DNA of 64,000 nt from positions 8,166 to 72,165 of the forward strand of contig JANORP010000206.1 in NCBI GenBank assembly GCA_031415375.1, written 5' to 3'. Origin of the DNA: Bacteroidota bacterium. GTDB taxonomy: Bacteria > Bacteroidota > Bacteroidia > J057 > JADKCL01. The position numbers and the translations under genes were made by a program. The number at the start of each line of letters is the position of its first letter. The stretch's first letter is position 1. Of this stretch, positions 36,294 to 44,563 are shown one piece after another. The notes below the pieces were generated by a model, which was given only the letters and a program-made list of their open reading frames with translations, was not told the origin of the DNA and made no database searches.

Positions 36294-38441
36294 ATGAGGT
36301 ATTTACGCTTTACTATCCCAATCTTGCTCCTAGCAGCATTCTTCCTCCCATCCAGCAGCGTGCTGGCCAATCAAAGTGTGATCGACTCACTCAAAACCCA
36401 GCTTCAATTCGTCAAAAACGACACCCAAAAGGTGCTGCTACAATGCGAGCTGGCCTTTTGGTACAATAGGTCATCGGGGGAAGATCCACGAGAAATGCTC
36501 GCAGAGGCGCTCGAGACATCCAAAAAGACGAATTTCAAGAAAGGAATGGCCCTCGCTTGGGTACAGTTGGGTGTTTTTGAGGCACGCAACGGAGCATTTG
36601 ACGCCGCCGAAAACCATTACCTTCGTGCGATCAAAGTCAGGAAGGAATTGCGGGACTACGCTGGCATTTCCAGCATCCTCGGCAATCTGGGCGCACTCAA
36701 AAAAAGACAAGGAGACTACCTCAGCGCCCAAGATTACAACCAATATGCGCTAGCACTCTATCGGCACCTTGGCGACTCGGCAAGCGTAGCCCGCATGAGC
36801 AGCCAATTGTGCATCCTGCACCGCACCCTCGGCAATTACACAATCAGCCTAGAATATGGGTTTCTCTCTCTAGGTATCCATACGCACCAAAGCCCACAAG
36901 ATTCCGCTGAAATCGGCAAGGCTTACGCAGTCGTGGGAATGACATTTGAGTACATGGGGGAAAACGAGCGCGCCGACTCCGTCTATCATATTGCGAAGGA
37001 ATGTTTTGAACACAGCCACAATATACGCGAGCTTGCCAATACCCTCAACAACCTCGGCAATGTGCAGGAATTCAACGCCGACTATGCTGCCGCACTGGAT
37101 TATTACCAGCAATGTCATGCCTTGCGGAAGACCATGATCGACACGCTCGAGACCGCAAAAGTTATTCAAAATATTGCGCGGATTCACATCCGAACCCGTG
37201 CATTTGACAATGCCAATGCCGAGTTGCAGGAGGCACTCAATCTCTTGGCAGGCACGGAGGATTCCCTCCAAATCGCCTTGGTGAAGGTCGATCTCGCCGA
37301 GGTTTCCATTTGGGAGGGTAGGCCGCAAAAGGCCATCGACTTGCTGTTGCAGCTGCGCCCATTGCTAGACACCATGGCCGAGCCTAGTCTGCGCATCTAT
37401 TGCCGCGAGTTGCTGAGTCTTGCACATGCTGGAATCCAGAACTGGGACGCCAGCCTCCAATGGAATATTGCGGCGCTACAATTGCGGCAACCGCTGGAGA
37501 AGAGGATGCTTGGAGCAGTCTATCTCTACGATCAGTATCAATATGCCGAGCGCGCAAGAGAGCGCAGCGAGGCAAGGCAAAAAATCACTGAAGGCGACCT
37601 CAAATTCCAAAAGGAACGCAGCCAAAGATTATTGGCGATTGCCGTCGGCCTTTTCATCCTCTTGATCCTGATCGTATTCCTAGCGCTGCAACGCATCCAA
37701 CTCCTCAAAAACAAGCGCCATGCCGTCGAGCACAAATATCGCTTGGAGATGAAGGAACGCGAGGTCGAGCGGCTCGAACAGGACAAAAAAGTACAGTTTT
37801 TGCAAATCTCGCTGGAGGTCGAGGACCGCGAGCGCAGCCGCATTGCGCATGACTTGCACGACCGCGTCGGTGCACAGATCGGGGCCTTCAAACACCTTTT
37901 TGGACAATTGCGCGACGACTTTGCGGCAGCATCGCCGACATTCTCCACCTCATTTGAAAGACTCAATGCAGAGCTCGAGGCCCTCATGGCCGACGTGCGC
38001 GCCGTCTCTCACGATTTGGAATCTCCCACGTTGAAAGCATTTGGCTTGGTAGCCGCCCTCAATGGCTTCAAAGACATGTTTGCCAAAAGTCCAGACCTGG
38101 ACTTTGAACTCGACGTGCATGGCCTGGAAGAACGCCTCCCTCGCAAAACGGAGCAACACATCTACCTGATCCTCAAAGAACTTTTTTCGAATGCGCTGAA
38201 TCGCGGAAAGGCCTCCCAATTTTCGATACAATTGCTCAAGACCCAAAATCAGCTCACTGTCATCGTCGAAGACAACGGCATTGGTTTTGATCCAAAGGCA
38301 GCTGGCGAAAGCGCAGGACTAGGGCTACAATCCATCGAAAACCGTGTCCAATATATGCATGGCACCCTCATCATCGACTCCGCCATTGGCCGTGGCACCA
38401 TCGTCACCATTGAAATCCCCCTCCTACAAGAAGTCAAATGA
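36294..38441 (+). CDS. TPR-repeat sensor histidine kinase (HisKA_3/NarL-partner type)
   Basis: It has a signal/anchor sequence (MRYLRFTIPILLLAAFFL), a long TPR array, a TM helix (LLAIAVGLFILLILIVFLAL) and the H-box RIAHDLHDRVGAQIG. The ATPase motifs include VEDNGIGF and GLGLQSI. Confidence 0.85.
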   Translation: MRYLRFTIPILLLAAFFLPSSSVLANQSVIDSLKTQLQFVKNDTQKVLLQCELAFWYNRSSGEDPREMLAEALETSKKTNFKKGMALAWVQLGVFEARNGAFDAAENHYLRAIKVRKELRDYAGISSILGNLGALKKRQGDYLSAQDYNQYALALYRHLGDSASVARMSSQLCILHRTLGNYTISLEYGFLSLGIHTHQSPQDSAEIGKAYAVVGMTFEYMGENERADSVYHIAKECFEHSHNIRELANTLNNLGNVQEFNADYAAALDYYQQCHALRKTMIDTLETAKVIQNIARIHIRTRAFDNANAELQEALNLLAGTEDSLQIALVKVDLAEVSIWEGRPQKAIDLLLQLRPLLDTMAEPSLRIYCRELLSLAHAGIQNWDASLQWNIAALQLRQPLEKRMLGAVYLYDQYQYAERARERSEARQKITEGDLKFQKERSQRLLAIAVGLFILLILIVFLALQRIQLLKNKRHAVEHKYRLEMKEREVERLEQDKKVQFLQISLEVEDRERSRIAHDLHDRVGAQIGAFKHLFGQLRDDFAAASPTFSTSFERLNAELEALMADVRAVSHDLESPTLKAFGLVAALNGFKDMFAKSPDLDFELDVHGLEERLPRKTEQHIYLILKELFSNALNRGKASQFSIQLLKTQNQLTVIVEDNGIGFDPKAAGESAGLGLQSIENRVQYMHGTLIIDSAIGRGTIVTIEIPLLQEVK

Positions 38442-39079
38442 AAAAGATTAACATTATCCTCGCCGACGACCACCGTGTCTTTCTGGAAGGCTTGGAAGCC
38501 GTTTTCAAAATCCATCCCGACATCGAGGTGGTCGGCACCGCCACCCATGGCGCACAAGTCCTCGCCCTCCTGCGCACGATCCCCGTGGAAGTCGTCGTGC
38601 TCGACATCGGCATGCCTGGCATGGACGGCGTCGAGACCGCCAAGGAAATTCTGAAAAATTTCCCTGATGTCGCCATCCTCATCCTCTCCATGCACGGCGA
38701 GCACGCCTACGTCAAAAACCTGCGCGAGCTCGGCGTACACGGCTACCTGCTCAAAGAGGAAGACAAATCGGAACTGGAGGCCGCCATCAAGGCCCTCGCG
38801 GCAGGCAGGGAATACTTTAGCCGCAAAGTGACCGAGATTGCGAGAACGCCCAAGCCCGTCGAGGTCCAAGGGGAAATGCCCAAATTCACCCGCCGCGAAA
38901 CTGAAGTCATGAACGGCCTCGCCGAAGGTTGGGAAAATCAGAAGATCGCCGACGCCATGACCGTGGAGATCTCCACTGTGGAAACCCATATGAAAAGCAT
39001 CCGCGCCAAGACGGGCCTCGGTAGCGCCCGCTCCCTCGTGAAATACGCGATCGACCTCGGATTTGGGAAGAAAAGCTAG
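38438..39079 (+). CDS. LuxR/NarL-family response regulator
   Basis: The receiver has ILADDH and VVLDIGMPGMDG. The C-terminal LuxR HTH is FTRRETEVMNGLAEGWENQKIADAMTVEISTVETHMKSIRAKTG. An ATGA overlap links it to the kinase stop. Confidence 0.9.
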   Translation: MKKINIILADDHRVFLEGLEAVFKIHPDIEVVGTATHGAQVLALLRTIPVEVVVLDIGMPGMDGVETAKEILKNFPDVAILILSMHGEHAYVKNLRELGVHGYLLKEEDKSELEAAIKALAAGREYFSRKVTEIARTPKPVEVQGEMPKFTRRETEVMNGLAEGWENQKIADAMTVEISTVETHMKSIRAKTGLGSARSLVKYAIDLGFGKKS

Positions 39080-39194
39080 GTCGCAGCTGGGCCACCTGCG
39101 CTCTCTTTGCCCCGATGGACATGGCTTTGCGCGGCGCTGCCGACCTGAATCGGGGGTTATCCGTGCGTCGGGACTATCTATAACAGTGAGTTTT

Positions 39195-39245
39195 ATCCGT
39201 TCGTCGGGCCTTACCACAGGGTGTGGGGGGGCCCGACGAACGGAT
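39195..39245. repeat. perfect 16-bp inverted repeat with a 19-nt spacer
   Basis: ATCCGTTCGTCGGGCC (39195-39210) and GGCCCGACGAACGGAT (39230-39245) are exact reverse complements. A degenerate third copy, TATCCGTGCGTCGGGAC, lies about 35 nt upstream. Confidence 0.8.
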
Positions 39246-39258
39246 GGACATCCTGCCG

Positions 39259-39290
39259 TTTGTGGTTATCAATCCTTGGTGATAATTTTG
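39259..39290 (+). promoter_or_regulatory. candidate Bacteroidota promoter (TTTG-N20-TAnnTTTG) for the HisF-like gene
   Basis: TTTG at 39259-39262 and TAATTTTG at 39283-39290 are 20 nt apart, and the -7 box lies 24 nt upstream of ATG 39314. Confidence 0.35.
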
Positions 39291-39313
39291 AACGCTAAAA
39301 TAGAGCGTTGGTC

Positions 39314-40204
39314 ATGCAGCAGGAAACGATACGTGTAATTCCCCGCCTCGACATCAAGGGGCCCAACCTCGTGAAAGGAATCCATTTGGAAGGTCTGAGG
39401 GTCTTGGGGAAACCAGAGGAATTTGCACGTTACTATTATGAGACGGGGGCTGATGAGCTCTTCTTTCAAGATGTGGTCGCCAGCCTCTATGAGCGCAACA
39501 GTCTCCATGAGATTGTGAGCAAAATAGCGCGCGAAATCTTCATTCCGCTCACAGTGGGAGGCGGCCTGCGCTCGTTGCAAGACATCCGCGAGGTCTTGCG
39601 CGCGGGTGCCGACAAGGTGGCGATCAATACTGCTGCCCTCAAGCACCCAGAGATCATCCGTCAAGCGGCGCTCGATTTTGGCAGCTCGACCATCGTCGTG
39701 GCGATCGAGGCGATCAAGGAACGCGATGGCCGCTACCTCGCCTACACCGACAACGGCCGCGAATACACGGGCCGCGAAGTGCGGGAATGGGCGCAAGAGG
39801 CCGAGTCACTCGGCGCTGGCGAGATCGTGATCACAAGCGTGGACCGCGAGGGCACGGGCGAGGGCTATGACTGCGCGCTTACACGGCTGGTGGCAGACGC
39901 CGTGGGCGTGCCCGTGATCGCGCACGGGGGCCCCGGCAAGCTCTCGCACATTGACGAGGTGCTCGGCGCGGGTGGTGCAAGCGCCATCGCGGTCGCTGGC
40001 ATGCTGCATTACGACTACATCACCCGACCCGACAGCTACCGTGCCGCCGACAGCGCCACCCGCGACGGCGAGGGCAATACGGAGTTTCTGCGCAGCGGCC
40101 GCAGCTACGGCCGCTTTGAAACCTGCACCTTGCCTGCCATCAAGGCCCATTTATTGGCCCAGCTCCTCCCCTGCCGACCTTATACCCCAGCTATCATCGC
40201 ATGA
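39314..40204 (+). CDS. hisF: HisF-family (beta/alpha)8 cyclase-like protein; may be a WbuZ/HisF2-type paralogue rather than housekeeping HisF
   Basis: HisF-type motifs are present: RVIPRLDIKGPNLVKG, IPLTVGGGLRS, ADKVAINTAAL, GEIVITSVDREGTGEGYD and PVIAHGG. A ~45-aa C-terminal tail has no recognisable similarity. Confidence 0.75.
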   Translation: MQQETIRVIPRLDIKGPNLVKGIHLEGLRVLGKPEEFARYYYETGADELFFQDVVASLYERNSLHEIVSKIAREIFIPLTVGGGLRSLQDIREVLRAGADKVAINTAALKHPEIIRQAALDFGSSTIVVAIEAIKERDGRYLAYTDNGREYTGREVREWAQEAESLGAGEIVITSVDREGTGEGYDCALTRLVADAVGVPVIAHGGPGKLSHIDEVLGAGGASAIAVAGMLHYDYITRPDSYRAADSATRDGEGNTEFLRSGRSYGRFETCTLPAIKAHLLAQLLPCRPYTPAIIA

Positions 40205-40851
40205 GCAAAAAGACCATCATCGTCGATTACGAATTGGGCAACCTCTTCAGTGTGCAGCAAGCCTGCCTCCATGTGGGCCTCGACGCTGAGATCAGCAATG
40301 ATCCCGCCCAGGTTGCGGCAGCCGATGGGCTTATCTTGCCGGGTGTCGGTGCCTTTGGCACTGCGATGAACAATCTGCGCAATAGAGGCTTGGAAGCGCC
40401 CCTCAAAGCCCGCGTCGCTGCTGGCATCCCCTTCCTGGGCATCTGCCTGGGCTTGCAATTGCTCATGACAGGCAGTGAGGAGTTTGGCACCCAAGGCGGC
40501 CTCGACCTCTTGCCGGGCAAGGTGAGGCGCATTCCCCCAACGATCGACATGCATCGCGTGCGTGTGCCCCACATCGGCTGGAACCAAATCGTGGCTCCCG
40601 CAGGGCGAGATTGGGAAGGCACTCCACTCCAGCACTTGAGGGCAGGCGACTATATGTACTTCGTACACAGTTATTATTGTGAGCCCGACCGTGCTGAGGA
40701 TCGCCTGACCCTCACCAACTATATGGGCCTTGAATACTGCTCAGGTGTGCAGCACGGCAATATCCTGGCCTTCCAATTTCACCCGGAGAAAAGCGGTCCC
40801 GATGGCGTGGAGATCTATCGGCAGTGGGGCAGCATGCATGGGCTGATTTGA
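40201..40851 (+). CDS. hisH: HisH-family class I glutamine amidotransferase
   Basis: It has LILPGVGAFG, the nucleophile elbow GICLGLQ and the His-Glu pair in FQFHPEKS. An ATGA overlap links it to the preceding HisF-like gene. Confidence 0.85.
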   Translation: MSKKTIIVDYELGNLFSVQQACLHVGLDAEISNDPAQVAAADGLILPGVGAFGTAMNNLRNRGLEAPLKARVAAGIPFLGICLGLQLLMTGSEEFGTQGGLDLLPGKVRRIPPTIDMHRVRVPHIGWNQIVAPAGRDWEGTPLQHLRAGDYMYFVHSYYCEPDRAEDRLTLTNYMGLEYCSGVQHGNILAFQFHPEKSGPDGVEIYRQWGSMHGLI

Positions 40852-41028
40852 AGCAATATCGCATCTGGGACACAACTCCAGCGCGCAAGGATGAAGGGCA
40901 ACTCTGGCTGGCATTGTTTTCGTGAGCCTGGAACTCATGATTCGGTTGTCATTGGGAGCCGGAGGCTCTCGCCTCGCCTGCAGGATTTATCATGCACGAG
41001 CGCGCAATACGAGATTAGCATGTCCTAG

Positions 41029-41820
41029 CTACTCCCCAAGCTCCAAGGATTTGAGGAGATCGCCAGCCTCCAAATGGTTGATATCACCCTGGGCCTGAAC
41101 GATGCGTAGCCGTCGCCTGCACTCCGAGAGCTGCTGCTCCCGCAAGTCCAAAAGCGCTAGGTACCACGTGGCACGCAATGCGAAATTGTCGTCTCGGAGT
41201 GCCTCGACGCGCCCTAGGTCGCGGCGAGCCTGCGGCCATTGCGCGACTTGCATGGCACTGATGCCATGGATCAACAAGGCCTCCGAATCCTGCAAGGTGG
41301 TATCGAGCTGGGCGAGTGCAGCCCCAAATTGACCCGTTTTGAAGGCTGCATAGCCTTGCAAGGTATCCTTGTCGCCTCGGGTGTTGCTGATCCTGTAGGG
41401 CCTTTCCATTTGCGCTTCAAAAATTTCCATGTAATCGATCTTGCCGCCACCTGGATTGAAGATGATCACGGCCGCGATCACGCAAGCCGCCAATCCACTT
41501 GCATACAAGACATATTTGAAATAGGGAGGCCTGATACCGCCGCCAGATTTGGGGGCGGAATGATCTTGGGCACTGTCGGTCCTGGCTTGATCTTCATCGC
41601 CCTCCTCGTCTCTATCTATGGGGATGTCGCGCAACATTTGCTTGAGCTCGATGCGCCGCTGTTGTCGTAGCAAGAGTGCGAGCTCGCGCTCCTGTTGCAG
41701 CGCCGCTGCAAGTTCTGGGTCGGCATCGAGGCGGCTTTCAAATGCGGCCGCCGCATGAGGGTCCATCTCGCCGAGCAAATAGCTGTGGATCTCGTCGTAG
41801 CGTGTATCGTCATCGCTCAT
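41029..41820 (-). CDS. membrane-anchored anti-sigma-like protein with a TPR-like extracytoplasmic domain
   Basis: The N-terminus YLLGEMDPHAAAAFESRLDADPEL is typical of anti-sigma N-domains. It has one TM helix (YVLYASGLAACVIAAVIIF). A 4-nt overlap links it to the sigma factor gene. Confidence 0.55.
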   Translation of the reverse strand: MSDDDTRYDEIHSYLLGEMDPHAAAAFESRLDADPELAAALQQERELALLLRQQRRIELKQMLRDIPIDRDEEGDEDQARTDSAQDHSAPKSGGGIRPPYFKYVLYASGLAACVIAAVIIFNPGGGKIDYMEIFEAQMERPYRISNTRGDKDTLQGYAAFKTGQFGAALAQLDTTLQDSEALLIHGISAMQVAQWPQARRDLGRVEALRDDNFALRATWYLALLDLREQQLSECRRRLRIVQAQGDINHLEAGDLLKSLELGE

Positions 41821-42428
41821 AAGAGTCCCCGCAGGTAATTTCCAAGGTTGGGCTCATTTTGGAGCAGGTTGCGCAACTCTTCAAGACACCTAAAGTGCTT
41901 ATTTTTGGCGATCTGGGCGTTTTTGTAGTGCATGAGTTCAGCAATTTTTTCCATCTTGAAGGCATCCCAAAATCGCATGCGCAAGATCACTTGGCACTTT
42001 TCCCCCAATCGGGAGACTATTTGCTGGATTGCGTATTCCTGCTCTTTTTCCAACCACATAGGATCGGGGACATCGGGCGCAGGCTCTTGCGCACCTTCCA
42101 AAACATGTTTCATTTCGGCGACATAGCCCTCGCCATAGCCACGCTTGCGTAGCCGGTTGTGCCAGGCATTGCGCACGATCGCCATCAAAAAAGTAGTGAT
42201 AGATGATCGCCGCTGGAAGCGGCCGAGCTTCACGTGCTCTGTGAAGACGAGCAAGGCATCTTGAAACACATCCATGGCATCGTCACGATTGCCATTGTTC
42301 CGCGAAATATGTTGGATTACCATAGGGAGCAAATTAAGATACATCCAGCGCAGTGCCTTTTCCTCAGATGCGCCGCCCTCAAGCAGCCCGTTTATGATCA
42401 TGTCATCACTCATCTGAGCCATAGCCAC
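41817..42428 (-). CDS. ECF-type RNA polymerase sigma-70 factor
   Basis: The region 2 segment is DAMDVFQDALLVFTEHV...FLMAIVRNAWHNRLRKR. The region 4 HTH is CQVILRMRFWDAFKMEKIAELMHYKNAQIAKNKHFRCLEELR. Confidence 0.85.
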   Translation of the reverse strand: MAMAQMSDDMIINGLLEGGASEEKALRWMYLNLLPMVIQHISRNNGNRDDAMDVFQDALLVFTEHVKLGRFQRRSSITTFLMAIVRNAWHNRLRKRGYGEGYVAEMKHVLEGAQEPAPDVPDPMWLEKEQEYAIQQIVSRLGEKCQVILRMRFWDAFKMEKIAELMHYKNAQIAKNKHFRCLEELRNLLQNEPNLGNYLRGLL

Positions 42429-43014
42429 ACTGCAAATTGCTTTCCCTTTGGTAAATTGATTTGGCTAAAGGTAACCAGAGTATTAAAATATTCCAAATCT
42501 TACACGCCATCATTGCCAGACAAACGATATCCAAATCTAGAACGAAACCAGCGATTGCCGCGATACGTACTTGCGAGACCTCAATCATAGGATGCTGGCA
42601 ATTAGGCTGTAACATACCCTCCACTTTAGTGGCTGCGCGCAGGATTCCCCATCCTTGGATCCATTTCCATTACACGATATCGGAATTCAGCCATATTTCC
42701 TTTCATTCAATGCTGCCCATGGGGATGAATGAAAGTGGTTTCCGAATCAAAATCGTGCATTCCTATGGTTACCGTTCGCTGGTCAGTGCTACCATTCCCA
42801 AAGCATTACACAATTTCACAAAGTATTCCGGACCCTATGACATGTAGCGCGTTTCTGCCACCCATCGGCTTCCAACTCCAATGCTGCAAACGATTCTCAC
42901 AGCTGCGGGGCCTCATATCGAGGAGAAAATTTGGACCACGGCAATTTTTCAAGCATCACAGCTTGCGTGGCGTCGTTTTGGAGTCCAACAATTGAACTAA
43001 TTATTTCTAAAGCT

Positions 43015-44523
43015 ATGAAAGTGTACAAATCATTCATCAAAAAGCCAATTTTTACTCCGAAATGGTTGCTGCCCTTGCTGCTGCTCACGGGCATGTGGTT
43101 TCAAAACGTCGCTGGGCAAGCGCCAGGTGCATTCGGTGACCTACAAATTTTGATGGAGGTCGATGCTGCCGGCTATGTCCCTGTCGATGATGGCCGCAGC
43201 TTCCAATTCTACCCACTCGATGCCAATGGCCAATCCATCACCAATGAACAATCCCGCGACTACATGTTTCAATGGGATTTTGGGGATGGAATCGCGAGCC
43301 TGGAGGCTTTCCCGATCATGACCTTCGACCGTCGCCCACCTCGGTCGGTCACCTTGCGTGTCACTGCCATCAAGGAAACCGACGACCCCACAGACCCAAA
43401 ACGCCTTGTGGTGCCACGTCTAGAAAACTGCATGGTCACCGACAGCTTCATCCAAGATCTCGACCTCAAAAGGGGCAATGTAAAGCGTGCCGAATATCTC
43501 CCCAAGATTCAAATCATTGGCGCTGATTTTAAGCCCGTGCCTGGCAATTGTGTGAGTTACCTGGTAAAAATCGACCTGCCCACGGAATGCAAATATCAAA
43601 GTGTGATCAAGATCACAGGGGGACTCAAAAGCAGCAATCTTGAAGTACCTGCTGCCCTCGACCAAGTCACGATCAAGCACATGCGGCTCAGCCCAGGCAT
43701 GGAGGTCATGCGGCAGCGGGGTGGCAATGTGAACATCGCCATCGATGGCGATAGAGACGCCACCTACTACGCCCTGCTCGAATGCGAGGTCGGTGATGCT
43801 GCCACGCTTGCCGACAGCGTCTATTGGAGGGTGGATGGCACCTTTGAACCCGTGCGGCGTGCAGCAGTCTGTGGCGTGCAAGTGCTGCATGAGACGTATG
43901 CCGATCAGCTCACAGGGTCCTTGGATCCCAGCGAATTTACCTGGCTGAACGGACCGCGCATCAAGACTGGGGAAATCGCCAAGTGGCATGTCCAAATCCA
44001 AAACGACGGCAACGTCCCTGAAGGCACGATCAGCGTGATCGACACTTTGCCCAAGGAGTTTGATCTCGCGCGGCTTGAAACCACCAAGATTCTCTGGAAC
44101 AAACAGGAGATCATTGTCTCGCCTACCATCGTCCCAGAAACGAGGATCGTCAGGTGGATTTTGAACAAACCTCAAAATCCCTTGCAGCAACAGCAGATCG
44201 CAGACCTCTACTTTGAGGTGCCTGTGACGGGAAGTTGGGATTGCCCAGACCATTGTAAGTTTGGCTGCCCTGATGTCCCCAAGAGTGCGATCCCGCACAG
44301 CGTATCGGTCACCTTTTCCAATGAGCAATTTCAAGGCCAGCGCGTTTCGCACAGAATCATCGCCGATGACCTCGCGCTGGAGTGCAAGACTGCCAAGCTC
44401 CATAAGATGATTACTGGCAAGCTACACCGCAATTGCTTACTGAAGATCCTTGCTGCGGCCGCCTTCATCGGCGTAGCGACCCTGGCAGTCGTCAAACTCA
44501 ACAAGGAGAAGAATTGGTGGTAA
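43015..44523 (+). CDS. signal-peptide protein with PKD-like and DUF11-like beta-sandwich segments and a C-terminal TM anchor
   Basis: It has a signal peptide (KWLLPLLLLTGMWFQNVAGQ) and FQWDFGDGIAS (PKD-like). WHVQIQNDGNVPEGTISVIDTLPKEF is DUF11-like. The C-terminal helix is ILAAAAFIGVATLAVV. I chose ATG 43015. Confidence 0.5.
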   Translation: MKVYKSFIKKPIFTPKWLLPLLLLTGMWFQNVAGQAPGAFGDLQILMEVDAAGYVPVDDGRSFQFYPLDANGQSITNEQSRDYMFQWDFGDGIASLEAFPIMTFDRRPPRSVTLRVTAIKETDDPTDPKRLVVPRLENCMVTDSFIQDLDLKRGNVKRAEYLPKIQIIGADFKPVPGNCVSYLVKIDLPTECKYQSVIKITGGLKSSNLEVPAALDQVTIKHMRLSPGMEVMRQRGGNVNIAIDGDRDATYYALLECEVGDAATLADSVYWRVDGTFEPVRRAAVCGVQVLHETYADQLTGSLDPSEFTWLNGPRIKTGEIAKWHVQIQNDGNVPEGTISVIDTLPKEFDLARLETTKILWNKQEIIVSPTIVPETRIVRWILNKPQNPLQQQQIADLYFEVPVTGSWDCPDHCKFGCPDVPKSAIPHSVSVTFSNEQFQGQRVSHRIIADDLALECKTAKLHKMITGKLHRNCLLKILAAAAFIGVATLAVVKLNKEKNWW

Positions 44524-44563
44524 ACAAAAAAAATCCTAGCTTTTGGACAAATCTGCTCAGATC

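Noticed and set aside
38249-39217. A 322-aa minus-strand ORF
   Set aside because: It is antisense to the kinase 3' end and the LuxR regulator, and it is Gly/Asp/Arg-rich with no motif.
43420-44403. A 327-aa minus-strand ORF
   Set aside because: It is antisense to the DUF11-like gene. The plus frame has a signal peptide, domain-like motifs and a TM anchor.
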